DNA of 64,000 nt, from positions 1,550,001 to 1,614,000 of the forward strand of contig JAWMAR010000331.1 of assembly GCA_036785375.1 (NCBI GenBank), read 5' to 3'. Of this stretch, positions 20,970 to 35,198 are shown one piece after another. Positions within the stretch are counted from its first letter, which is position 1. Every line of letters starts with the position of its first letter. Under the pieces are notes generated by a model. That model ran no database searches, had not been told where the DNA came from, and worked only from the letters and a program-made list of their open reading frames with translations. The DNA comes from Leucoraja ocellata (taxonomy: Eukaryota). Both the position numbers and the translations under genes were made by a program.

Positions 20970-21764
20970 AAGATTTATTGTCATTCAAACCTAGGTTTGA
21001 ACAAAATATAATTTCTACAGTTTTTTACATTACAAAACAATCCAAGACCCACACTTAACACAGTTTACATAAACATCCATCACAGTGAGTCTCCAACATC
21101 TCCTCACTGTGATGGAAGGCAAAGTCTTTATCTCTTCCCTTTGTTCCTTCTCCCGTGGTCCAGCAGTCCATCTGCAGTGTCGAGGCGAACTGGGGCTCCG
21201 ATGTTAAAGCCCCCGGCGGGCGATGATAAGTCCTGAGGCCGTTTAAGCCATGCCGGGCGATGTTAGGCCTCGGCTCCATGTCCTTTAAACCCGCGATACC
21301 AGCAGGAGAAGTCGCCGTTGCGGAGCTCGGAAAAGCGGTCTCCCACCAGGGAGTTGGAGCTCCCGATGTTCCCATCCACCGGGTCTGCGGCCGGTGCCTC
21401 CGAACTCCAAAAGTCGGGTCGCAGCCGCACGCCACCACAGCTCTTCCCGCTCCGAAGTTGGCCAGCTCCACGATCTCAGTTCCGCAGGCTCTGCAACTGG
21501 AGCCCTCAGGTTAGTCCCGGCCGGAGGTCGCCGCCGGCTCCACGATGTTAGGCCCAACGACATCCGAGACCCGACAGGGAATAGTCAGGTACCCGCACAG
21601 GGAAGAGATTTAACCGGTTTCCCCCACAGCCCCCCCACCACCCCCCACATATACACAACTATAAAAAATAAATAAAAACTAACTCAAGACATACAATTAA
21701 CAAGACAAAAATAAAAAAAGACAGACGACTGTAGTCGAGCCGCTGCCGTTAGGCGACACCACTT
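20970..21764 (-). mobile_element. Unclassified non-autonomous retroposon-like repeat
   Basis: Abrupt CpG-rich block; minus-strand 3' end ATGACAATAAA resembles the Rex1 tails in this window; no credible protein. Confidence 0.45.
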
Positions 21765-21982
21765 TAAAAGTCCGCTCTGAAGTTTCAGGCTGTGCAGTAT
21801 ATCTATGGCCACCAGTGGATGCTCTTATCACACTGCAAACAGCTTGGCCTCAATACCCATCATCATTTGCATGTGCTACAACTCACTGAAGCAGGTGACT
21901 GATGCTGCCTGTCCAAAGCAAGTTTGGTTATAATATGGCACATATTATAAGGACATGCAAACAAATATATAATGGTATCAAG

Positions 21983-22113
21983 TTGTTTAAGAAGGAACTG
22001 CAGATGCTGGAAAATGAAATGTAGACAAAAATGCTGGAGAAACTCAGCAAGAGAGGCAACATCTATGGAGCGAAGGAAATAGGCAACGTTTCGGGTCGAG
22101 ACCCTTCTTCAGA
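21983..22113 (-). mobile_element. Penelope pLTR with hammerhead motif
   Basis: Minus strand CTGAAGA-AGGGTCTCGACCC-GAAACGTT. Confidence 0.8.
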
Positions 22114-22240
22114 TTTCTGGACCATTAATTCAAATACGTAAGTTTGAATTTTACCACAGCAGCAGGGAATTTAAATTGATGCAACTAAATAAACCTAGAA
22201 TTTAAAAGACTGAGGTTCAGTAAGAATAAACATGAAGCTA

Positions 22241-22707
22241 CCTGGGATGTCAGGACTGTCTTATGAAGAAAGACTGGATAGACTTGGTTTATACTCTCTA
22301 GAATTTATGAGATTGAGAGGGGATCTTATAGAAACTTACAAAATTCTTAAGGGGTTGGACAGGCTAGATGCAGGAAGATTGTTCCCGATGTTGGGGAAGT
22401 CCAGGACAAGGGGTCACAACTTAAGGATAAGGGGGAAATCCTTTGAAACCGAGATGAGAAGAACTTTTTTCACACAGAGAGTGGTGAATCTCTGGAACTC
22501 TCTGCCACAGAGGGTAGTTGAGGCCAGTTCATTGGCTATATTTAAGAGGGAGTTAGATGTGGCCCTTGTGGCTAAGGAGATCAGAGGGTATGGAGAGAAG
22601 GCAGGTACGGTATACTGAGTTGGATGATCAGCCATGATCATATTGAATGGTGGTGCAGGCTCGAAGGGCCGAATGGCCTACTCCTGCACCTAATTTCTAT
22701 GTTTCTA
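22241..22707 (+). mobile_element. CR1 LINE 3' fragment (same subfamily as 170-965)
   Basis: Nearly identical to about 492-957. Confidence 0.95.
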
Positions 22708-24680
22708 CCAAATAGTTATTAAAATAATATTGTACCACACGTGAATGCATCAGGTAGTGCAAAGGAGAAAATAAGCTGAGTACAGAATATAGTGTTACAG
22801 CTCCAGAGAAAATGTAGATAAAAAAAGGGCAAGTATGGTGGTGAGATTGGGAATTCCTCCCTCGCATATAAGAGGTCTGTTCAAGTGAGTGATAACAGCA
22901 GAAACGTCACCTATTCTTTTTCTCCAGCGATTCTACCTGAACCGCTGAGTTACTCCAGCATTTTGTGTCTATCTCTGCAAATTTCCGTGGGGCAGTGCAG
23001 TTGCCAAACCAAGTTAAGATGCATCTCCATACGATGCTTTCAATGGTGCATCTGTAGACATTGAGACAGGACAACAAAGCACCGGAAAATAACATGCAAA
23101 TCTGAGTTTAGATGTCTGGAATTAATTTTTTTTCACAGTGTTGCCAATGTCTAGAATAAATTCCTACATAATGCAAGAAGTGTAAATTCAACTCAGTCCT
23201 CCAAATAGATACTGAGTGAGTTCTGGAGAGATTAAAGATAATTCATCTTTTAAAAGGTTAATGAAAGATATCTGTAATTGTTGATGTTCATTCCAGCAGC
23301 TTTCTAGATCATCCTCTGAAGTCAGTAATTTCCCAAATTTTCTTCAAATCTAAGGTTTATTCTCTGAATTCTTTTCACTATTTCATGACACTGGGATGGC
23401 TCATGGTGCACATAAGCTGCAACTTTACTGGATGGAATAGACTTTATGGCTAATTTGGCACGTTCTTACGTGTTTGTTTCTGTTTTTGGTGCTGTTTTTA
23501 AAACAAATTATTTTATGGCAATCAACAACTATCAGTGCAGAACTTTGTGTATTATTCTTGCACCTACTCAAAAATAGATGATATGAGAACCCGGAATACT
23601 TTTGGCACAAGACTTTCTGAACAATCAGACTGAAATATAACAGTACAGCACAGGAACAAACCCTTGGGTGCACAATGGCTCATATCACCATTATAACACC
23701 ATTATAAATTCAAATTCGATGTCAGACTCAGAGTGTGTTGCTTTTATTACTGGAATGAATGCTTCAAAGACATTGGGAAAGAAGCAATGAGTAATTTGGT
23801 CTGACCCAAAATTTTCTCTTAGCTGGTTGGAGAAGGTAAACATTTCCACAGTAGTTTGGGTTGCAATAATTCTATTAACAATTGGTGTAATACCCAAAGA
23901 TGTCTTTGGGAAACGTTTCCCCTTTTCTCAAACAAGGTCTGTAATAAAAAGTTCAAATAGCCTGCGAATGCTGCATTTTAACTTATTTATTTTTAAGAGG
24001 GACATTCTGAAAGGCTTCATCAAACTAAGCCGTATGGTATGATATGTGCAGTGCGATAGTTTGACAATAAACTCTTAATTAGTTCACAGGAAAAAAATCA
24101 TCTTCAGCATTTTTGTCCTTATTGCCATTCCTTGCTATGCCTTGCATAAGACAAAATCACTAATAAATTAAATGTGTTATAAAGGAGCAAGATCTGCCCA
24201 TTTTCAAACAAAATGGTGTCCCAGAAATAATTTCCATTTGGTGGATGTAAAATCAATGAAGCACAGCAAGGCAATGCATATTCTGTCCAGTAGTTCAATC
24301 TACAATATTAATTTGGGCTGATGTCTGAAGTTCACATGGACAATTGAATGGACCTTGCACTAATGGCCTGGTGTGCTGCAGATCACAGATCAAATGTTTT
24401 TCCCCCCACTATCTCTCCTACAATCAATCTGACCTAGAATCCTAACCCGAACTGTCACCTAACCATTTTCTCCAGAGATGCTGCCTGATCCGTTGAGTTA
24501 CTCCAGCATTTTGTGTCTATTTTTGGTATAAACCAGCATCTTCGCTTCCTTTTTATTACAGATCAAAGGTGGTAGGTCATGATAAAAAGTCACCATGGAT
24601 GGAGAAGATTGGGATGAAACACAGGTGGCAAGCAAAGGAAATGGAGACATTGAGAGATGGGTTCATGCATTAGGAGCAGG

Positions 24681-25435
24681 CATCGGCGGAAATCCGGGGG
24701 GGGGCGGGGGGACATGTCCCCTCCATGTTTTGAGAGGGGGGGGAACCAATCCCCCCCCCCCCCCCCCCATGTTTTGTAATCCGGATTTTGAAATTCAGTG
24801 AAAGGTGAAAAAAACTTAAAAATCTCCGTGTTCCGCGAGACAGTGGGGGTGCGACTGATGATCGAGGGCATCGATTGGACGGCAGAGACGTCAGTCAGCA
24901 GGCAGTGAGGGGGGGGGGGGGGGACATGATGATTCAGCGCGATGATTGGAGGAAGGAGGTGTCGGTCAGAGGGGGAACTAGGGAGGTGGGACTGATGATA
25001 GAGCCCGGTGATTGGAGGAGGAAGACATCCTGGTGGAGCAAAGATCATAGAGCGGAGCTTGAATCGGCCCATTGGCAGGGCCTTTCATCACCCAGCACGG
25101 CTTAAAATCGGCTGCGGGATCTTCCATCACCCCACGGTCAAATTGCAGCGTTTGGGCGATCGAGGCTCCCGATGTTGAAGCCCCAACTGGCCGATTATAG
25201 GTTGCGCCAGGCGATGAAAGGCACCGCAAATGGGCCAATTTAAGCCCCGCGATTCGGGGTGGACGAAGCTGCTGTTGCTGGAGTTCGGAGTCGGTCACCA
25301 ACCAGGTCAGCTCCCGATGTTACCGTCCACAGGGCCCACGGTCGATGCCTCCGAAGCCTCGCGTGTGTGTGCATGTGAGTGCGGCCACCAAGGAAATTGT
25401 GTCCCCCCCTGTTTTGATAGCGATTTCCGCCCCTG
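24681..25435. mobile_element. hAT-like MITE
   Basis: TIR CATCGGCGGAAATC / GATTTCCGCCCCTG; 8-bp TSD GGAGCAGG / GGAGCAGA. Confidence 0.85.
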
Positions 25436-26436
25436 GGAGCAGACAACCAGGTTTGACGGTGGGATCCGGAAGAGTTGGTTTTGGGTCTTGATCTGCTGCT
25501 AAATTCTGTTGTGGGTCACCATCCAACCAAAGCTGGGGAATAAAAATAGTAGAGGAGACCAATTGCAAGGGTGATCAGGAGACCAAAGTGCCTGAGGCAG
25601 ATACAATTGGGTGCAAATCTATTGTTTGAACCAAGAAATAATGAAAAATCTAATGTTATTTTGAATTGGCAAAGCATACAAATGATAAAACATGTCCACT
25701 GCCCAACAACCCCTGCTTACCATTGAATAACATTCAATTAGCAGGGCACAAAGTGCTAAAGGAAACTCAGCATCTGGAGAAGAATGGAAAGATGTTTTGG
25801 GGTCGGTAACTTTCTTCAGAAATCTGCTGACATGTAACGGTAGTGGGTAAAGAAGGGCTCCAACCCGAAACATGGCCTGCAGAGTCTGAAGAAGGATCCA
25901 GATCTGAAATGTTCCCTGTCCCTTCCCATTCCAGATATTACATGACCCACAGAATTTCTCCAGCACTTTGTGTTATGCTCAACATTCCAGCATATGCAGA
26001 TTTTCTAGGCTCCATTTAATTAGCAGATATGTTTTCTGGAAAAAAGCACCAAATTAATTAATAATAGCCAATAAATACTTTGAAGGGAAATACACGCATG
26101 CATAAAAGTTAAATGTGGAAACAGGGCAGTTGGTACAATTACAAACACCTCCTTCCAAACACTCTTGAATAATCTGTTCTCAACACTGATCACCTACCTA
26201 TCCAAATTAATCTTGAATGTTAACATATTTTTGCATCAGCTTCTAACTCGGGAAGTGAATGCCCAGCCTTGAAGAATTATATCCTGTTTCCAGGGGTGGT
26301 TAATTTGGTGACCCTGGATGTATAAGTTAGTGACTGTGCAAGGCTTGTGCATAAATAGGGTAATATGAGAGAGCAGAGTTTTGCATTATCTCATGGATGG
26401 CAAAGATTGAGGGGGAAATTCTTTCTGGTTCTTATC

Positions 26437-26532
26437 GAAGGTAGACACAAAATGCTGGAGTAACAGCAGGATAGGCAGCATCTCTGGAGAGAAGGAATGG
26501 GTGATGCTTCAGGTCGAGACCCTTCTTCAGAC
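26437..26532 (-). mobile_element. Penelope pLTR with hammerhead-like motif
   Basis: Same family as 1152-1247; flanked by TTCTTAT repeat. Confidence 0.7.
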
Positions 26533-29225
26533 ATTTTGTTTCTTATTCAGGATGCTAGTTTTATTTTGGGAACATATTAAGCCATTGTATGAAATCAGTT
26601 AGCAAGGAAATAAAAGCTCCAGGTGTGCGATTAGTCTTGGGTTATAATCCAAATGGGAATGCTGGTATTCCCCTATGCTTCATTTTACACCCAATGAAAT
26701 CAAAGGAAAAGAAAATCAAACAGAGTGTAGAGCAAGGTGATAATCTGCCGTCATCCATCTAATGCCACCGCCCAAGGCACGTTTTATCCCATTATGATTT
26801 AAACCATGTATTTGTGATGTTTTCCTGAAATATGGGTTTAACATTTTTATAGCAATCACATCATTGTCTAATTACTAAACTATTTTTACTTTGAAATACT
26901 TTGAAGAAAATGTTCAAAGGACAGCTTTCCCACAGCTCACGCAATATAATTACTATTCCTAAATATACCAGCTGTACAAACAAATGTAGTATTCAATTAA
27001 ACAAACTTCTCCCTACTAAATAATAATTTTGAGTGGGTCTCACTAATGTGAAATAACTTTGTTGCGCTGACAATGATCAGGAGACGATGAGTGAATCATT
27101 GATTACTGCATCCAATTTCTACTAGCTTGCCAACTTTGACATTGGGGGAATGGCCATTAAGGGAAAGTATTTATCAGCTAATATAATATTATGTAATTCA
27201 CCAAATTTTTCTCGCAAGTTCGAAGTACAATTTCCTAGTCCGGCCATTTAATTATCTCAAATTCAATAAAATACAATAGATGAGAAATCTGAAACGGAAA
27301 TGCCAAAATAATCAATAGTCAGGCAGCATCTAGGGGGGGGAAATAACATTAATGTTTCAGTTTGATGACTTTTCACCTGAATTAGGAAAAATCACAGCAG
27401 AATAATATTTAATTTTCTTTGAACAACACAAATCTTCTTGGATGGTTCAATGTATGGATGGCATTTTAGGGTAGGATCAACATTAGGATTAGGGTTGGAA
27501 TGATTTAGATTTGGGGACATTGAAAGTTTTCTGTGCTTTGCCTTAGGAATAACCATTGAACAGACAAAATTTACCGTATCCAATTTAACCAATGTTGCAT
27601 ATGTTTCTGAGTGAGTTACTTCCAAGGAAGAGGTTTTTGGTGAATGAATTCCTAGCATTAAGGGCCCTAGTTCTAAACCAGTATCTATTGCAGTTTGACA
27701 CCAAAATAAATGTTTTTAATGATTTTTAAACTACTGTGATCAGTTTGGATTGTTTTCTCACAGTGGACATGCTTTGAGCATAATTTAAAGGGTTAGGAAC
27801 ATCACTAATGCATTTACGTATAAAATGATGAAAGGCTCTCTGCCAAAGAAAGCATGTTGATGGCCCTAACATTTGTAACATCAAGTGTTGAAGTGAGAAG
27901 GTTGCCCTTCAAAATGACAGTGCGAGAAAGCCCAAACGAAATCCTGCACAAGAAAGGTGGTTCCATGTTCATGAGATCAAAAAAATTGTTTAAAAGAGTT
28001 TGCAAAAAAAACCTCTAAAAAATGCATTATTTTTGAACTGCTTCTAGCACATTTCACTACTTTTAATATAGGTTTTTGAAACCAAAAGACATAGGAGCCA
28101 AATTAAGCCATCCAACCCATCGTGTCTACTCCACCATGGCTAATCTATTTTTCCCTATCAAACCCATTCCCCTGCCTTCTGTCAGCAACCATCTACTAAT
28201 CAAGATGCTCCCAAACACCACCTTAAAAATTCACCTCCCTCCAGCTAAATAAGTTGCTCTGATCTCCATTTTGAAGGTACTATAGGTCTTTTTATTCTGC
28301 GGCTGTGTCCTCTTGTCCTCCACTCCCATTACTGGAAATAATCTTTTCATATCCACTTGATCTAGGCCTTTCATTATTTGTTAGGTTTCATTGAGGTCCC
28401 CCCCCCCCATCATCCTGCTAAACCCCCGAGAGCACAGCCCGGTGTCTTCAAATGCTCCTCATACATCAACCCAATAATCCCTGGGATCATTCTCGTGAAT
28501 CTCCTCTGGACTCTCCAAAGCCAGCGCATCCTTCCTCAGATATGTGGTCCAAACCTCCTCACAATATTTGAAATGGGACATCACCAGCGCCTTATTAAGC
28601 CTCAGCATTACATCCTTTCTGTTATATTCTAACCCCCTCTTAAAGAATGCTAACATTTCATTTGCCTTCCTTAACACTGACGCTGTAAGTTATTGGGGCA
28701 AATCCTCCAAAATCATGGAAGAACTCGGATAAGGACATGGACATTTTAAAAAGACAAATTTGCTGGCTGCAACGGAAAAACCCCCAATCCACAAACCTGT
28801 CTGGCATGTGGACTTGCGCATCAAACAACTGGGCGAATGGTGTGGGGAGGAAAGGCTGAGACGGAGATAACGAGATTATCTTGGATACACAAAGGAAGGA
28901 ACCAAGCCTCAACAGATGGTGATAAACAGGCCAGCTCAAGCACAATCACCATCTTGGATGAACCATCCATCGAGACAATAGGAGCCCATCCAGGCGATGG
29001 GATAACGATCAGGCTGAGGGATCATGACATCAGCAAACCCCTTATCATCAGAAGCCTATTGTTCATGCCAGATCGAAACTGGGAATCATCAAAAGAACCC
29101 TTTTATCCAGAGGACCACCTGGGGGTTTCAAAGTAAGCTCAGGTATAAAAACAGGAGAGAGCCAGAACTCTCTCTCTCTTTCTGCTCTGCTGGACGACTC
29201 GTGAGCCCAACTGTAACTCTCTCTT

Positions 29226-29861
29226 GGGTTACACAAAAAAGCTGGAGAAACTCAGCGGGTGCAGCAGCATCTATGGAGCGAAGGAAATAGGCAACGTTTC
29301 GGGCCGAAACCCTTCTTCAGACTGATCGGGGGCGGGGGTGGGTGGGGACAAGAAAGGGAAAAGGATGAGTAGCCAGAAGGCTGGGGGATGGGAGGAGACA
29401 GCAGGGGGGCTGAGGAAGGGGAGGAGACAGCAAGGACTAACAAAATTGGGAGAATTCGATGTTCATGCCCCCGGGGTGCAGACTCCCCAAACGGAATATG
29501 AGGTGCTGTTCCTCCAATTTCCGGTGCTGCTCGCTGTGGCCATGGAGGAGACCCAGGACAGAGAGGTCGGAGGCGGAGTGGGAGGGGGAGTTGAAGTGCT
29601 GAGCCACAGGGAGGTCAGCTTGGTTATTGCGGACCGAGCGGAGGTGTTCGGCGAAACGATCGCCCAACCTCCGCTTGGTCTCACCGATATAGATCTGCTG
29701 ACATCTAGAGCAGCGGACGCAATAGATGAGGTTGGAAGAGATGCAGGTAAACCTCTGTCGCACCTGGAACGATTGCTTGGGTCCTTGAACGGAGTCGAGG
29801 GGGGAGGTAAAGGGACAAGTGTTGCATCTCTTGCGGTTGCAAGGGAAAGTGCCCGGGGAGG
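29226..29861 (-). mobile_element. Penelope-like element, 5'-truncated: GIY-YIG endonuclease C-terminus plus pLTR
   Basis: ORF 29437-29913 contains CNRKRCNTC, NLIYCVRCSRCQQIYIGETKRRLGDRFAEH, GMNIEF; 13-bp TSD GTAACTCTCTCTT. Confidence 0.93.
29284..29325 (-). ncRNA. Minimal hammerhead ribozyme motif of the Penelope pLTR
   Basis: CTGAAGA, stem GGG-TTTCGG-CCC, GAAA, then palindromic AACGTT; matches the minimal HHR architecture known from Penelope-like elements. Confidence 0.7.
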
Positions 29862-30984
29862 GTAACTCTCTCTTTCTGCTCTGCTGGACAGCTCGTGGGC
29901 CTGTGTCGACCAACTGTAAGTACCCCAGTGACCTGGTGAAATTCCCGAAATAGGATAGAGAGTGAGGAGAAAGGGGAAAGGGGGTACTTGCAAGTAAAAT
30001 TGTGTAAAGTAAGTTTTACGACGTGCCCGATAGTTTTCCGTCCATAGTCTTAGTTTAAAGCATAAGTTTAGCCACGTATTATGTAGTGTTGGTGAGATTC
30101 AATTTCTCATTGTTCAATAAAGCCTGTAAATTTTAGACTTGCTTTGAGTCCATCTTGGTTTCTGTTTTCCCTCATCAGCACACTCTGGCCAATTCAGCCT
30201 TTTATCATATCCCACCATAATTCTGAGGTCTAGAACCTAGGGGAATCCCTTTTGTTGTATTCTCTCTCATGGAAACCGCTCGAGTGGAGTGGTGGCCGTT
30301 TGACCCTCCGACAAGGGAGAGAATAACTCGGGCAGTTGGGCCTGAAGGGAAATAAAGGGAAACGCAAAACCCCTACAACGCAACCTGCAAATTAACATTT
30401 TGGGAATCCTGCATCAGCACACCAAAGTCCCTCCGCTGTCATTTCTGCTAAGAACCCCTTCTAATCAACTTCAGCCAGCTCCCCTCTCATGCCTTTTTAG
30501 TTACCTTTAATCAGCAGTAATACAAATACATTCAATTTCAGCTTCTCCCTCTCAAACAGCATAAATAAGACATTAAATGCAGTTTTAAAGTCAGAAACAT
30601 GGAGCAGGTGAATTTCTAAGCAAGGATGTTGAAGGCTTAGAGTGTATGTGTGTGTCTAGTGGGATAATGTTCCAGGTTAAGCTTTGGGCCCATGTCAAGG
30701 TGAAGGTTCAAATTTGAAGTGTTTAAACCACAGATGGAGTGGCATGGAACATTTTCATTTGGGATTTTCTTTTAGGGGTGAAATTAGATTTAAATTGAGA
30801 AGATTCAGGATTAAAGTTAGAAATACATTTAGAGTTTAAGATTCTGGTTAGGGTAGAGGTTTTAGGCTTAGAAATTAGCTTAGATTATTGTTGCTATCCG
30901 GTCAGTGTAAAGACTGTACATTATTACAATCCACAGTGTATAGATATAGGATAAAAAGAATAATATTTAGTGCAAGATAAAGTA

Positions 30985-32165
30985 CACGGATGATGCGGTC
31001 TCACAGGTTTGAACACCACCCTCTCTCACCTTGACAGTCAGAAGGGAGGCTATGTGAGGATGCTGTTCATTGATTTAAGTTCAGCTTTCAACACCATAGT
31101 CCCCACCAGACTTGCTTAGAAGCTGCTGGAACTGGGGCTGAACATTCCCTTGTGTGCCTGGGTCCTGGACTTGCTCACCGTCAGGCCCCAGGTGGTCAAG
31201 ATACCTCCAACCCCCTCACCCTGAACATAGGATCCCCCCCAGGGTTGTATCCTCAGCCCCCTACTGTATTCCCTGTACACACATGACTGTGTGGCAGGTT
31301 CAGCTCCAACTCCATCATCAGGTTTGCTGATGACACAGTGGTGGTGGGCCTGATCTCCACTAACGTAGAGAAGGCCTACCTGGAGGAGGTGGCTGACCTG
31401 GCACTCTGGTGTCAGAACAACAGCCTCCTCTTGTATGTCACTAAAACTAATGAGCTGATTGTGGACTTTAGAAGGGCACAACATCCGAGGATGTACACGC
31501 CACTGGAGATCAATGGGACTATTGTGGATAGGGTGAGCAGCTTCAAATACCTGGGAGTCCACATCACAGAGGATCTGACATGGACAACACACACTGCCGC
31601 ACTGGTGAGAAAGGCAAGGCAGCGCCTTTACCACCTCACACAGCTGAGGAAAATCAGAGTCTCTCTAACAATCCTTCAATCCTTCTACTCTGGTGCAGTA
31701 GAAAGCATCCTGTCTGGAAACATCTCAATCTGGTTTGGAAACAGCTCTGCCCAGGACAGGAAGGCTCTGCAGAGAGTAGTGCATCAAGCTGAACGCATGT
31801 TGGGAACTACACTCCCCCCCCCCCCCCTGCAGGAGCTATACACCAGGAGGTGCAGATCCAGAGCCAGCAAGATCATGATGGACTCCAACCACCCAGCAAC
31901 GGACTATTCCAGCTGCTACGATGAGGCAAGCGCCTCCGCTGTCATGCTGTGAAAACAGAGAGGATGAGACGGAGTTTCTTCCCACAGGATTCAGGACAGT
32001 AAACTCTCTCCAGGGACTAATTTACTGTTGTGTCTTTTAAAAAAAAGTAAATTCTGGTTCTGTTCTGTTCTGTTGTTCTGTTGTTTTGCACAATCCCGCA
32101 GGCATTGCCACTTTCATTTCACTGTATTTCTTGTATGTGTATGTGACAAATAAACTTGACTTGCC
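30985..32165 (+). mobile_element. Rex1/Babar LINE, RT domain to 3' end
   Basis: [60 protein letters not shown]; frameshifts; (ACTTG)n tail. Confidence 0.9.
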
Positions 32166-33085
32166 GTGACTTGAGTAAAGTCTGATTAAAGATAGACCAA
32201 GGGTAGGAGTGTGGATGAATTGATTAAGTGCTAAAGATATTGTGATGATTGCACTAACTCTATTTAGAATGGAGTAGATAATTTAGTTTATTTAAGTGCA
32301 AATAAAGGAAGCCACATTTTGTTTACATTGTGCCTTTGGTATCCTGAGGATGGTCTAAATAATTTCAATGATATTGAGGTATTGCTGTGGTGTGTCCACT
32401 GGTGTAATGGAGTAATTGTAGCAGCTGACTGTGCACGGAGCTTTGTTATAACAACCGGATCATTTGTTTCACTTGGTTGAAGTATAAATATTGCCAGCTT
32501 ACATGCATAGATAATCCATGTTAAAATAAAGCTTTTGGGTCTTTTTTGCCTCGATGGCCCAAGCAAATGTGTCCTTGGTTTCACATTTCGTTTGAAAGTG
32601 AATATTTTGCTCTGCGATATCTCAAGAACCTAGATTGTCACATTTGTAAATATATTTGCGAGACACTGTCCATCAGCAGGTATGAATATCATGAAGCATT
32701 CAGATGTATAGTTACAACATGCCCTGAAGTAAGTGGCACAATATGGGGCACTGCAATTATTAACTTTCTCTATATTACAAAATGATTGTGATTGATTGCA
32801 ACAGGATGCAAATCTACAATTTGCAAACCAACATTCAGAACTTGACAGAAAGGTATTTATAACATTCCTCCAAAATTAATATAATAAACACGTGATGAAT
32901 TATTACTGTAACAATTCTCTCAGTGATTCCCATACAAGTGGTTCTGCTATAACATGATACTTATGCTCCTAAGAAACCTAGTGTTATAGAAAATCACTTT
33001 ATAGATGCGATTGTGTCAATGGAGGAAAAAAGGGGTTAAGGGAGGAGAGAGCGTCAGATTCACCATTACAAAGTTAGCTTTCCCA

Positions 33086-34380
33086 TAGGCATTTGGTCAT
33101 TGCTTCAATATGGGTGGTCCAGGAGAAGCTGTTGGTGATATTGATTCAGAGGAATTTGAAGTTTTCGACCATCTCTACTTCGGCACCGTGCTGCTTTGCT
33201 TCCTGAAGTTGATCACTATCTCCTTCGTCTTGATGATGTTGAGAGAAATGTTGTTTCTTGAAACCGATACACAAGGTTCTCAATCTCCTTCTTGTACTCT
33301 GTCTCATCATTATTTGATATCCGGCCCACAATGATGGTGACGTCTGCAAATTTGAAAATTGAATTAGATTAGTACAGGGCTGCGCAATAAGGCTGTCCAT
33401 CTGTCTCCTCAGATTCTGGTGAACTTCTACCGCTGCACCATCGACCGGAAAGCACTGCAGAGGGTGGTGAAAATTGCCCAACGCATCACCGGTTCCTCAC
33501 TCCCCTCCATTGAGTCTGTCCAAAGCAAGCGATGTCTGCGAAGGGCGCTCAGCATCGTCAAGGACTGCTCTCACCCCAACCACAGACTGTTTACCCTCCT
33601 ACCATCCGGGAGGCGCTACAGGTCTCTCCGTTGCTAGACCAGCAGGTCCAGGAACAGCTTCTTCCCTGCGGCTGTTACATTACTCAACATAGTACCTCGG
33701 TGACTGCCAATCACCCACCCCCCCAGCCCCCTGACGCTCCTTTCACCAGGAAAAAAATAATTGGACTACTATGACTGTATCGTAAATATATTTATTTATT
33801 GCTCATATTCTATGTCGCTCTTCTAGGGAGATGCTAACTGCATTTCGTTGTCTCTGTACTGTACACTGCACAATGACAATAAAGTTTGAATCTGAATCTG
33901 AATCTGATTTATAGGTGTAAAAGGAGTAAAGAAGGGGGCTGAGAACGCATCCTTGTGGATCACCAGTGTTGAGGATTATCGTAGAGGATGATTTGTCCCC
34001 TCTCCATACTAATTGGGGTTTGTTGGTCAGGATGTTGAGGATCCAGTTGCAGAGATGAGTGCTGACAGTAAGTTCTGTGAATTTGGTGATAAGCTTGGGT
34101 GGTATAATGGTGTCGAAGGCAGAGCTGTAATCTGTGAATAGCAGTCTGACGTAGGTGTCTCTCTTCTCCAGGTGTTCCAGGGATGATTATAGGGCCAGGG
34201 AGATGGCATCATCCGTGGACCCGTTGTGGTGGTAGGCGAACTGCAGTAGGTCATGGCCGCTGCATAGACTGGATTTAATGCATTCCAAAACAAGCCTTTC
34301 GACACATTTCATGATGGTGGATGTCAAGGCCACTGGACAGTAGTTGTTTAGACACGAGGCCTTGCTTTCATATTCTGGAA
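33086..34380 (-). mobile_element. Rex1/Babar LINE fragment interrupted by an opposite-strand Rex1 3' end
   Basis: CLNNYCPVALTSTIMKCVERLV...QFAY...STDDAISLAL; EMVENFKFL. Confidence 0.8.
33391..33907 (+). mobile_element. Rex1/Babar LINE 3' end
   Basis: DRKALQRVVKIAQRITG...SHPNHRLFTLLPSGRRYRS; (TGAATC)n tail. Confidence 0.88.
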
Positions 34381-35198
34381 ACACATATTATAGCAGAACT
34401 ACCGGTACTGCTTGGAGTCACAAAGACTGCAGATACTGGAATCTTGAGTATAAAATAAAGGGAGGAACTCAATGGGACAGGCAGCATCTGAGGAAGAGTC
34501 CTGATCCAAAATATTGTCTGTCCATTCCCTCCACTGATACTGCCCAGCCCATTGATTTCCTCCATCGCTTTCGTCTTGAAAAAGTATAATGCTCTCACCC
34601 ACTCTTGAGAATGTTTGGCTCATGATCACTGAAAATGGAAAAGAAGCATTAAGGATGGCATTCGGTCCCCCTGCATGAATGGTAGAGGAAGCCTATCATC
34701 ACAAACCAACAATCCACCTGTCCCATTTAGAACCTCCCACACCAACTACAGTAGAATCAGAGGGTCCCACATTGCCTTCATGGTCATCTTGGAATCCATT
34801 GGAGCAGAGTGGAAACAAACCATACTTGACGTTAGGGAAGAAGAAGAAGATTTGTTGATAGTTGACCATTGGCCTTTTTGGGAGAAATATACGAACTGTC
34901 CACATGCTCGGGACTCCAAATGACATTCCATCAGCCATTCCCGGTCAGGCGATTTTAACACATTTTTGGGTGTGTTGGGATTTGAACATCCACATGTCAT
35001 TTCCATTCACCAGATATTCCACACTTCATGTGCAAGGAACATTTAGGTAGAAATTGATATGCAAGGGACTGCTGATGCTGGAATCCTGTGCAAAACACAA
35101 AGTGCCAGAGGATCTCAGCTGGTCAGGCAGAATCTGTGAAAGGAATGGACAGGCGATGTTTCAGGACAGGACTCTTCTGCACACTGATTGCATTAGAG

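Larger units (their letters stand above)
28684..30377 (+). mobile_element. Solo LTR (Gypsy or ERV type), itself interrupted by a Penelope element
   Basis: TGT...ACA ends; 4-bp TSD ACGC (28680-28683, 30378-30381); TATAAAA near 29144; AATAAA at 30116. Confidence 0.8.
28088..30430 (-). mobile_element. CR1 LINE remnant split by a solo LTR
   Basis: ORF 28459-28677 (KANEMLAF...LEYNRKDVMLRL); CR1 sequence resumes after 30381. Confidence 0.8.

Noticed and set aside
21055-21675. Overlapping ORFs on both strands
   Set aside because: GC-rich repeat interior with no protein motifs or exon structure.
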